DNA of 64,000 bases. Origin: Lytechinus pictus (Eukaryota). Below, piece after piece: positions 22,905-34,015 of this stretch (the stretch's first letter is position 1; every line of letters begins with the position of its first letter). A program made the translations under genes and the position numbers. The notes under the pieces were generated by a model, which saw nothing but the letters and a program-made list of their open reading frames with translations, made no database searches and was not told the origin of the DNA. The stretch is taken from assembly GCF_037042905.1 (NCBI RefSeq), contig NC_087252.1, positions 20,214,001 through 20,278,000 on the forward strand. Reading direction: 5' to 3'.

Positions 22905-25430
22905 ATTTCATTTCATTTCATTTATTTTATTTCAACACGGTAAACGAACTTCAGCCAATGGCTGTTCTTCTGAACGTCCGTGCGTACATATTAAAATCAC
23001 ATTACATGTATATACAATTAAGATACATAATACGAAATAAATATACAATTAAAATATCATCAATATTACAAAGAAAAACAAACAAACAGAACAAACAAGT
23101 TTACATCACTCTGGCGTCCAATCTAAATATGTTGAAAATAGTTACATTTAAGTCATTAGGTAGTGCGTTCCAGCTTCTGGCCCCCCTGTACTGTAGACTT
23201 CTTTTCTTATAATTGCTTTTAACTAAGGGTAATTTGATTTTTAGAGACGATGATCTTAGCATGTAATTACAATCACTTAAAAAAAATTGTTTACGAATGC
23301 TCTCTGGTAACATACCATGCATTATCTTGTACATTGTTTGTAAGGTGCGTACATTTCTTCTTTCTATCAATCTTTTAATGTCTATCAAGAACGCTTTCTG
23401 TAACATTGAGTAAAGCTGTCATAGTCGAATGTTTGGGTCGAAAACCCGACTGCTGTGTACAAAGTAGAGAGTGCTTATTCAAATATTCATACACGACTGA
23501 ACATGATATTCATACATGACTGAATACAATCTTCTCTATGATTTTAGCGAAAACAGACAATACAGAGATGGGTCTATAGTTTCCCATGTCAGTTTTGTCA
23601 CCACCTTTGAACACAGGCGTGACCCGAGAAATCTTCAATCGGGGAGGTATTTCACCAGTTCGTAATGATAGATTTATGATACAATAAAGCGGTTTTACTA
23701 TGTGGGTTAAAATTGGCTTGATTAGTGATGTTGGTATGTCATCAAGTCCCCCCATCTTCTTACAACCAAGATTATTAATTACCTTTTTAATTTCTTCTTC
23801 AGTAACTATTTTAAAATCTGAAAGACTTACGTTGTTTGGAAATACATTATTCGACTCAAACTCACCGTTTCCAGTATTATCTACAGTTATCTCATTTTGT
23901 GTGCATTTTCCTATGCTTGAGAAGTAGTGGTTAAAACCCTCCGAGATTGATGTTTTGTTTTGAAGTTCCATACCATCATTTTTTATTTCTACAATTTTAG
24001 ATCCATTTTTTTTCTGAGGCATAAGATACTTCAAAGATTTCCATACATTTATAGATCGACCATTGCTACTACTAATTGAGGTAGAAATATAATCCTACTT
24101 TGCTTTACGGATCTTTGCTGTGACGTCATTTCTCAATCGCCGATACGATGCCCAATCATGTTCTGATTTGGTATGCATTGCTTTATTTTTTATTTCATTA
24201 CGGTTACGAATAGTTTGAATTATATCTTCATTAATCCACGGTGATTCAATCTTCTTTACTCGAGTACGTTTAAGTGGGGCATGCTTATCAATTATACATT
24301 TTAATGCATCTTCAAACAAATTATAGGCATCTTTAACATTCATAGAGTTATAAACTGGTTCCCAGGAAATTGATCTTATTTCTTCATCGTAAAGTGTCAT
24401 ATTAATTTTTCCAATATACCTTGTCAATTTATATTTATGTGCGTCATCTTTGTGTTGCGATTGTTTACCCCAAATACAACAAATCATATAATGATCACTC
24501 AGTGAAATAGGTATAACTTTTACATTTCTTATTTTAGTTTTGTTATTAGTAGGTATCAAATCTACCAACGTAGAGGTTGTGGCGGTAACCCTTGTCGGTG
24601 AGTTTATGACTTGGGCCAATCCCATGGTATCCATTAGTTCGTGTAGGTGTTTTGTTGACAACGAGTTGCCAACATGTCACAGTTTATGTCACCGAGAATA
24701 ACATAATCGTGCTTTAAACTATCTAATTTGAGAAGTACATTTTCAAATAAATTAAATTTATCAACATTAGAATTAGGGGGTCTATACCACACAACTACAA
24801 AGAATGGTTTTACTTTTAACCGTTTGATTTCCAGTACAATCATTTCCAGATCACATTCAGTTATATCATTCCGCACTGAATAGTTTATGGAACTTTTTAT
24901 GTATATAGCTATCCCACCACCTGAGCGAATTCTATCTTTCCTTATGATGTCGAAACCATCCAAACCAATCTCAGTATCACATATATTCTCGTTTAGGTGT
25001 GTCTCACTTAATGTCAATATATCCATGTCAGATTTCTTAACAAGTAATCTTATTTCATCTAGATTTTTAGTTAATGAAATACAGTTCAAATGGGCAATTC
25101 TCATCCCCTTTTCAAAGCGAAATGATTCAATTTCTGTATCGACATCATTTCCATCTCTTTGATTATTCAACAATGTATTATCCAATGGTTCTGTGTTTTT
25201 ATCTTCATCAAAAATGTTACTAGGTAGTTCATTAAAATAACATTTAGGGCAAATCCAGTCCTGTGCGCTTAAAAACAATTTCATATTCTCTCGGGAGCAT
25301 TCAAGATGGCACCATTTGGTGCAATTGACACACAAAAGTGCATTCTGGTTGTAATATACGTTTTTACAGCAAATTATACATGGATATGCAATAACCATAT
25401 AGAGGGATAATTCTAGATATTGTTCCCATT
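22905..25430 (-). mobile_element. CR1/L2-group LINE with an N-terminal PHD finger and APE endonuclease; RT core internally deleted
   Basis: 24634..25398 has a C4HC3 PHD (CIIC..CVNC..WCHLEC..WICPKC) followed by EN motifs HLNCIS, LSETHL, GGGIAIY, YRPP and GDINCD. 24095..24661 has PTR..SDH. 23510..24034 is the RT start. The sequence jumps from QSGFRPKHSTMTALLNVT (~23400) to the C-terminus, with no YADD. Confidence 0.9.
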
Positions 25431-26428
25431 AACACACAATTATTATCGTTAGTATTACTGTCATTACGGTCATTGTTATTTCCATGATTATTATTTTTTC
25501 AATTATCATGATTATCGTTGGTGATGGATTAAGCCATCAATTTCTTACATAATTCACCATTGTGAAAGGGGCTTCACTTGGATAGCGCAAACTTTGACGT
25601 TCGATTTAGTTTCTTTATTTATTCTCTTTAAAACTAATAGATTAGCACACGTTCACGGACTATCAATATTTTCTAAAGATTTGAAAATCTTTAATTCTTT
25701 TGAAAATGCCATCTCCGAAAAAAAAACGTTTTAAATAATGAAAAGATCCTGATCATGGCCTATGATAGAGAAAGTACCTGTTATCATTGTCTCCTTGATA
25801 GTATCCTTTGTAATTGTAAGGAAATTAATCCTCATAAAAAAACGTGTTTTGAATACGTTTTGCCCTTGGCTTTTATTTCGCGATTATACTCGAGCTCATT
25901 ATCCATCGCCCACGCCCCCGCCCGGCCCAGTGCCACTATCGCCATACCTACGCCTTTAGAATTCGCATCCTCTTTGTAAACTTTTCTTAAAAACATGCAT
26001 TATCATTGTAGTTACCCTGAATCACGATTATCGTTGGTGATTGTGATTGATTAAGCAATCAATCTTTTTTTTCTTTTTTTCTTTTGCTTTTCAAAAGCAT
26101 GCCTGTTAAGAAAGATTTACTAACGGGATGCGAATTCTAAGCATGAAGATATTGTATGGTGTGTGTTTGTGTGCGTGGGAGTTTTTTCGCCATATCATGA
26201 TAGTGACGTGTGCACACCTATTGACAAAAACCACATACAAACAAGTATTTCGCAACAGCAGCAAATTCCCCGTCGGGAATACCCAGAAACAAAATGAAAT
26301 AAAAAAAAATGTCGTTACACAGTACGATTTATTTCTATAATTTATTCCATGGATAGTTTTATTAAAAAACGAAAAAAATGGACAATGATTTGAACATGAG
26401 AGTAGGCATAAAAAATGGGAATTCATCA

Positions 26429-29400
26429 GGAGAGATTCAGCTACATATCTAGCTGTTCCTCTCTATATCGATCGGTATAACCCATGTATATATTTATACA
26501 ACTGATGAATTCCCATTTTTTTGTATCAGTTCCACAACTCTGAATGCGAATTTAGTTTCGTACTAAATATGCTCGGTGATCGAGAGATTCAGCTACATAT
26601 CTAGCTGTTCATCTCTATATCGATCGGTATAACCCATGTATATATTTATACAACTGATGAATTCCCATTTTTTGTATCAGTTTCTTGAAGGTTTGTCGAT
26701 ATTTCTATCATTTTTATCACTTCTGCCTTCTGCGACTCTTGAAACTCCATCTCTTCAGGCAGGAGAGATTCAGCTACATATCTAGCTGTTCATCTCTATA
26801 TCGATCGGTATAACCCATGTATATATTTATACAACTGATGAATTCCCATTTTTTGTATCAGTTCCACAACTCTGGATGCGAATTTAGTTTCGTACTAAAT
26901 ATGCTCGGTGACCGAGAGATTCAGCTACATATCTAGCTGTTCCTCTCTATATCGATCGGTATAACCCATGTATATATTTATACAACTGATGAATTCCCAT
27001 TTTTTGTATCAGTTTCTTGAAGGTTTTTCGATATTTCTATCATTTTTATCACGTCTGCCTTCTGCGACTCTTGAAACTCCATCTCTTCAGGCAGGAGAGA
27101 TTCAGCTACATATCTAGCTGTTCCTCTCTATATCGATCGGTATAACCCATGTATATATTTATACAACTGATGAATTCCCATTTTTTGTATCAGTTCCACA
27201 ACTCTGGATACGAATTAAGTTTCGTACTAAATATGCTCGGTGACCGAGAGATTCAGCTACATATCTAGCTGTTCATCTCTATATCGATCGGTATAACCCA
27301 TGTATATATTTATACAACTGATGAATTCCCATTTTTTGTATCAGTTCCACAACTCTGGATGCGAATTAAGTTTCGTACTAAATATGCTCGGTGATCGAGA
27401 GATTCAGCTACATATCTCGCTGTTCCTCTCTATATCGATCGGTATAACCCATGTATATATTTATACAACTGATGAATTCCCATTTTTTGTATCAGTTCCA
27501 CAACTCTGGATACGAATTAAGTTTCGTACTAAATATGCTCGGTGATCGAGAGATTCAGCTACATATCTCGCTGTTCCTCTCTATATCGATCGGTATAACC
27601 CATGTATATATTTATACAACTGATGAATTCCCATTTTTTGTATCAGTTCCACAACTCTGAATGCGAATTTAGTTTCGTACTAAATATGCTCGGTGATCGA
27701 GAGATTCAGCTACATATCTCGCTGTTCCTCTCTACATGTGTATATCGATCGGTATAACCCATGTATATATTTATACAACTGATGAATTCCCATTTTTTGT
27801 ATCAGTTCCACAACTCTGGATGCGAATTTAGTTTCGTACTAAATATGCTCGGTGATCGAGAGATTCAGCTACATATCTAGCTGTTCATCTCTATATCGAT
27901 CGGTATAACCCATGTATATATTTATACAACTGATGAATTCCCATTTTTTGTATCAGTTCCACAACTCTGGATGCGAATTTAGTTTCGTACTAAATATGCT
28001 CGGTGACCGAGAGATTCAGCTACATATCTAGCTGTTCCTCTCTACATCGATCGGTATAACCCATGTATATATTTATACAACTGATGAATTCCCATTTTTT
28101 GTATCAGTTTCTTGAAGGTTTGTCGATATTTCTATCATTTTTATCACTTCTGCCTTCTGCGACTCTTGAAACTCCATCTCTTCAGGCAGGAGATATTCAG
28201 CTACATATCTAGCTGTTCCTCTCTATATCGATCGGTATAACCCATGTATATATTTATACAACTGATGAATTCCCATTTTTTGTATCAGTTCCACAACTCT
28301 GGATGCGAATTTAGTTTCGTACTAAATATGCTCGGTGATCGAGAGATTCAGCTACATATCTAGCTGTTCATCTCTATATCGATCGGTATAACCCATGTAT
28401 ATATTTATACAACTGATGAATTCCCATTTTTTGTATCAGTTCCACAACTCTGAATGCGAATTTAGTTTCGTACTAAATATGCTCGGTGATCGAGAGATTC
28501 AGCTACATATCTAGCTGTTCATCTCTATATCGATCGGTATAACCCATGTATATATTTATACAACTGATGAATTCCCATTTTTTGTATCAGTTCCACAACT
28601 CTGAATGCGAATTTAGTTTCGTACTAAATATGCTCGGTGATCGAGAGATTCAGCTACATATCTCGCTGTTCCTCTCTACATGTGTATATCGATCGGTATA
28701 ACCCATGTATATATTTATACAACTGATGAATTCCCATTTTTTGTATCAGTTCCACAACTCTGGATGCGAATTTAGTTTCGTACTAAATATGCTCGGTGAT
28801 CGAGAGATTCAGCTACATATCTAGCTGTTCATCTCTATATCGATCGGTATAACCCATGTATATATTTATACAACTGATGAATTCCCATTTTTTGTATCAG
28901 TTCCACAACTCTGAATGCGAATTTAGTTTCGTACTAAATATGCTCGGTGATCGAGAGATTCAGCTACATATCTAGCTGTTCATCTCTATATCGATCGGTA
29001 TAACCCATGTATATATTTATACAACTGATGAATTCCCATTTTTTGTATCAGTTCCACAGCTCTGAATGCGAATTTAGTTTCGTACTAAATATGCTCGGTG
29101 ATCGAGAGATTCAGCTACATATCTCGCTGTTCCTCTCTATATCGATCGGTATAACCCATGTATTTATTTATACAACTGATGAATTCCCATTTTTTGTATC
29201 AGTTCCACAACTCTGGATGCGAATTTAGTTTCGTACTAAATATGCTCGGTGATCGAGAGATTCAGCTACATATCTAGCTGTTCATCTCTATATCGATCGG
29301 TATAACCCATGTATATATTTATACAACTGATGAATTCCCATTTTTTGTATCAGTTCCACAACTCTGAATACGAATTTAGTTTCGTACTAAATATGCTCGG

Positions 29401-29707
29401 TGATCGAGAGATTCAGCTACATATCTAGCTGTTCATCTCTATATCGATCGGTATAACCCATGTATATATTTATACAACTGATGAATTCCCATTTTTTGTA
29501 TCAGTTCCACAACTCTGAATGCGAATTTAGTTTCGTACTAAATATGCTCGGTGATCGAGAGATTCAGCTACATATCTAGCTGTTCATCTCTATATCGATC
29601 GGTATAACCCATGTATTTATTTATACAACTGATGAATTCCCATTTTTTTGTATCAGTTCCACAACTCTGGATACGAATTTAGTTTCGTACTAAATATGCT
29701 CGGTGAC
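26429..29707. repeat. Satellite array of ~21 monomers (151-bp type A with three ~181-bp type B units)
   Basis: GAGATTCAGCTACATATCT recurs every 151 bp (e.g. ORF starts 27300 and 27451). B units start at ~26584, ~26916 and ~28009, and two A units carry a CATGTG insertion. The array runs directly into the orphan ORF. Confidence 0.95.
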
Positions 29708-29950
29708 CGGGATGTCGCAGTCTGGGCGACGTGGATCTTGTGCTCGCCCCGGCGCTTGCTCTCTATGAACTGTTGGATATGACTTAACAGTCACAGAAAT
29801 GTGTAAGTGTAATCTAGATTGAAGGTTTGTAGATATTTCTATTTTTGTTATCTCTTCTGCGTTCTGCGACTCTTTAAACTCCATCTCTTCAGGCAGGAGA
29901 GATTCAGCTACATATCTAGCTGGATAATCTACATCCATTGGTTCGTCCAT
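29690..29950 (-). CDS. Small intronless acidic orphan protein, 86 aa (paralog of 13976-14251)
   Basis: MDEPMDVDYPARYVAESLLPEEMEF...ISVTVK...QDPRRPDCDIPVTEHI*, with the ATG at 29950-29948. Confidence 0.6.
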   Translation of the reverse strand: MDEPMDVDYPARYVAESLLPEEMEFKESQNAEEITKIEISTNLQSRLHLHISVTVKSYPTVHREQAPGRAQDPRRPDCDIPVTEHI

Positions 29951-30058
29951 CACGAAGATATATATATATAGTTCAAAAGAGAGCAAGCACGCGTATCCAC
30001 GTTTACAACCACCCAGGCTATAGAGCGTGAATCCCTAACAACTGAAGAAAAATCATCC

Positions 30059-30087
30059 TTTTTATACATTTCAAAAAGTAGGCGTGG
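30059..30087 (-). promoter_or_regulatory. TATA box plus GC box upstream of orphan ORF copy 2
   Basis: Minus-strand TATAAAAA at 30059-30066 and GGCGTGG at 30081-30087. Confidence 0.5.
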
Positions 30088-30108
30088 TAAATGGATCATG
30101 CGTTGGAT

Positions 30109-30255
30109 TTTTTTCGCGGTGTCATGATAGTGCCGTGTGCACGCATATTGACAAAGAGTTTTTTCGCGGTGTCATGATAGTGCCGTGTGCACACATATTG
30201 ACAAAGAGTTATTTCGCGGTGTCATGATAGTGCCGTGTGGACACATATTGACAAA
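30109..30255. repeat. 50-bp tandem triplication
   Basis: TTTTTTCGCGGTGTCATGATAGTGCCGTGTGCACRCATATTGACAAAGAG repeated three times. Confidence 0.9.
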
Positions 30256-30631
30256 TATCAAGTACAAATAAAAGTGTTTCGCAACAGCAATGCCGTTGTA
30301 TGGTTCAACATATCACGATTTCTTTCGAGTTTATTTCACACAAATTGATAGATATAGAAAATTAATAATTAATCTATTAGGAAACGGTTAGGGTCGCTTA
30401 TATTTCAAAAGAGATTAGATTGATGAAAATTAATTAATGTTTAGTTTTCTTAGCATTTTGTATTATTTCTTCTTTAAAAAGGGTTAAATGGGTGGTATCA
30501 TAACAAGCAACATAAATCGAATGTTTTGATATCATTTTGTATTCAGCATCTGCTTGCATGCAAATTCATCTCAAAATGTGTATTTTAGGGAAGTTTCATT
30601 GTTATCTGGGCTCATGGTACTATCGGTTCGG

Positions 30632-30794
30632 TGTAAAAATGGCAGAGGTGAAAATGGCAGGGCTAAAAAAGGCAGAGGTAAACATGGCAGTGGTAAAAAT
30701 GGCAGAGGTAACAATGGCATAGGTAAAAATGGCAGAGGTAATAATGGCAGAGGTAAATATGGCAGAGGTAATAATGGCAGAGGTATAGATTACC
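30632..30794. repeat. 15-bp tandem repeat (paralog of 14950-15143)
   Basis: GGTAAAAATGGCAGA units ending GGTATAGATTACCG. Confidence 0.8.
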
Positions 30795-30977
30795 GGTCTT
30801 AAACCCCCACGCAATAAATAACTGTCGAATGGCCCCACATGTACATAGATTAAATCACAAAATTTTGTCTCATGAGAAAATGAATAAAATTTCAGTGTTG
30901 GACTAATGGAAAGGGTAACATTTTTTAATCATAGAATATATAATTCGTCTGCACCAAATTGCTAACCCTTGGGATGA

Positions 30978-32099
30978 TTTTTTTTTTTTTTTTTAATTTA
31001 TTAACAATGTTTCAACAGGATACCCAATCAACATAAAAATTGCTCTCCCTTGGGGTCCTGCATATTAAAAAAACAATCACAATATATCTTGTTATACACA
31101 GTAGAATTAACATGAGAAAATGTACATACATTATGATAGAACATAATAGTTGAAGTCAAATATAAACGAAACTATAAATAACTATTAACTACGCACATCA
31201 TTAGAAAGAAGGGTCTGTACATAGAACATAATAATCGAAATTGACATCGGAGATATCTACTATTGGAAAAAAGCTGCAACTGGATTTAAAGGTTATCTTT
31301 TAAATATTTCTTAAAAATTGAGAGGGAATTTATGTTTTGAGATTTAGGTTGAAGACTATTCCATAATGAGACGGCTTGATAATGAAATGAATGTTTGAAT
31401 GATTCAATATGACATTTGGGGAAGAGTAACTTATTTTGTGAGGAACTTCTTGTACAGTGTGAGTGGATTTCTTTTCTAAAAGTAAATAGTTTGGACAGAC
31501 ATGTGGGAGCAATACTTTTCATACATTTGAACATTAAAATAAATCTGAAAATACGAACTCTATCTTCAAATCTTTTCCAATCTAAGAGGGTAAATAAATT
31601 TTCCGAAGGGGTCAAGAAATGGGCATTTAAAATATTCCTTGCAGCTCTTTTCTGTAATTTATTTAATCTTTCGGTATCTTCTTTGAATTTATCCCCCCAG
31701 ACAATACAACAATAATCTAGAATTTGCAAAACCATAGCATTATATAGAGTGAGTAAAGTATTTTCATTGACACAACCTTCGTAGGATACCCAACTTCCTG
31801 CTAACGTTATTGGCTACTTTAGATACATGTTCTTTCCATGATAATTCATTATCAATAAGTATACCTAAACATTCAAAGGATTGGACTTGTATGATCTGGT
31901 GACCATTACAAATTATTTTTAAATGAGATTCATTCATTTGGAATAAATAGAGTTTGCAAGTCGAACACGTGTACCAATAATCATACATTTTTTTTTCATA
32001 ATTCATCATCATACGGTTATCTTCTAACCAGCAGGTTATATTTTCTAAATCCAATTGTAATTTATTTTGTATTTCAGCTAAACTATCACCTTCGGCATA
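30978..32099 (-). mobile_element. 5'-truncated, frameshifted L2/CR1-group LINE
   Basis: Minus-strand remnants LGILIDNELSWKEHV, LDYCCIVWG..LNKLQKRAAR and SFHYQAVSLWNSL. The 3' stem-loop and poly-A lie at ~30978-31060. Confidence 0.85.
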
Positions 32100-33123
32100 A
32101 GAGGAAGGTATGCTTCCCCACGGATCTCTGCTCCTGGAATCACTACCAATGCTGCCTCTACTCCGTGGTCGCGTACGGGTTCGACGATCACTGTTGATGG
32201 GACGTGGACTAGGGGACGAGTAAGCCATTGGTTAACGTTTAATTGGAATTTATACGAATTCCGGGATTTATCTCAGATATAATTTCTAGTAATCATGGTA
32301 ATGAAGCCATGAAAATATTGTCCTTGGAAATCTTTATTCATTGCAACAAATACGTGAAAAACAAAGTGACCGGAAACACCATCCCAATTTAATTCCATAT
32401 ATTACACGTGTTGCAATTCCATTTGTCGAAAGAACAATTATTTTATTACTATTAATATTTTTAGAGACATATTGAAAGTGTATGCGCATTTTTTCCTGTT
32501 TTTTGTTTGTTTATCATATGAATGCTACGCAATAATTTTTTTTAGGAAGACAATTGAAATGTTCACAAGTGAAAGCCAGAAAATTATAGCGAGCTTATGC
32601 TGACGTAAGACATTAATGGCAAGCCCTATTGTGAATAATGACCCTTAATAAAAAGAATTGCCTTAGGCTAATATTACAAATGATTTTTTTTTTGAATTCT
32701 TGATATTTGCGTTGTTAAGAAAATGCCATACGTGATAATAAGAACGGAATATTTGGTAATAATAAATCGGATTAAAGGCAAAAACGGCTGGTTTTAGACT
32801 GGGTGTTTTGTAAAATTGGAGATGTATGTTTACAGTTTATTCAAACTTGCACCATGAATGGTTTGTCATATATTGGATTCCGGGGTCCTTTAAGGGCAAT
32901 CATTTTGTTCAGGACTTTTGTAATGTCAACACATTTCCCAAAATTAATCGTATAAAAAACATGAAAGCTCAATGTGATTCTTTCTAGCCATGAAAAAAAA
33001 TCATTACCAGCCTTCCACCTACCCCGCCCGCCCACCCCTCTCTCCCTTTCTCTTGCTGTACCTCTGTCTTATTGTTTTTCTTCGTCCCTACCAATCGTGA
33101 GTTTTGCAACTACAGCGGGGAAG

Positions 33124-33356
33124 GATTTAAGAGCATAGTAAATGTATTGAAAATACTCGTCAAGTGACAAAGAACAGCTAGGACGTCTTTAACGAAAATT
33201 GGTAAACCAGAACGGCAGTTTTGTCCAAAATTTCAGAGTTGACAAGAAAATGTGAAAAATATTTAATTTTCTGATTCACTTATTTTTGACAAAGACGTCT
33301 TGATTGTTCTTTGTCATTAAGGACACTCAACAATATATTTTCTATGTTCTTAAAGG
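33124..33356. mobile_element. Degenerate palindromic MITE
   Basis: Inverted arms TTAAGAGCATAGTAAATGTATTG..GTGACAAAGAACA..GACGTCTTT versus AAAGACGTC..TGTTCTTTGTCAT..CAATATATTTTCTATGTTCTTAA. Confidence 0.55.
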
Positions 33357-33879
33357 CGTCGACTGTCGTGGAAGAAAAAACTCCATTATCTTTATAAGAT
33401 GTTACCTGATGTAAAGATATGAATCGCTATACCAACGAGGCCACCAATGACCAAAAAGACGATCGCGACTACGACACAAATTACCGACGGCGGCGTCCCT
33501 TTCGACTTCACAACCGGGATGACAGACTCGCGATGATGTCTAAAGAGACGAAATAGAAAAGACTAAGCATGTTTTTTTAAATAAAGGAGAAGCAATAGTA
33601 CCGTTTTAGCCTAATTGCCATGTTTGTAGTGAATGGGATGTCCAGTGAAATATTCGTTTTACTTTTCGTTCTCGAAATGTGGTTGCCTTTGATGCCGTCT
33701 AGACCCGTTAAGGCCATATTAGTGACTGTAGAGATAAAACGCAATGCGATAAAGACTAACAAGACCAAAGCTAGTGCAGAAATACATTTTTTGAAAGGCC
33801 AAGCAATAATTACTCAGCATACTTGCAGCTAAAGAAAACAAGGGAAAGAGTTCCATTGCACCCCCCACCAAAAATAACA

Positions 33880-34015
33880 AAAGTTTGTTGAGACTTCCAG
33901 TTCGTGCACTGTAGATTTTTCTATCATTTTTTACTGTTGCTTACCTTAGTTGGGACTCGAACTCACCTTTTTTGATCTGCAGTCAAGACCTTTCCCGCTA
34001 TGCTAGCGAGAAGCG
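33880..34015 (-). mobile_element. Decayed tRNA(Cys)-derived SINE head
   Basis: Minus strand TAGCATAGCGG..TTGACTGCAGATCAA..GTTCGAGTCCCAA gives A-box-like, Cys anticodon-loop-like and B-box sequences. No intact cloverleaf. Confidence 0.45.

Larger units (their letters stand above)
15936..24305. repeat. Segmental duplication, copy B
   Basis: Matches 6050-12063 apart from the LINE insertion at 20023-22320 and small indels. Confidence 0.95.

Noticed and set aside
26429..29707. CRISPR-like array
   Set aside because: Whole monomers repeat with no unique spacers, there are no cas genes, and the context is eukaryotic.
31764..32228. 154-aa ORF with an Arg/Ser-rich N-terminus fused to RT
   Set aside because: A chance chimera: the N-terminal part is an alternative frame of the hydrolase-like exon, read across the LINE junction.
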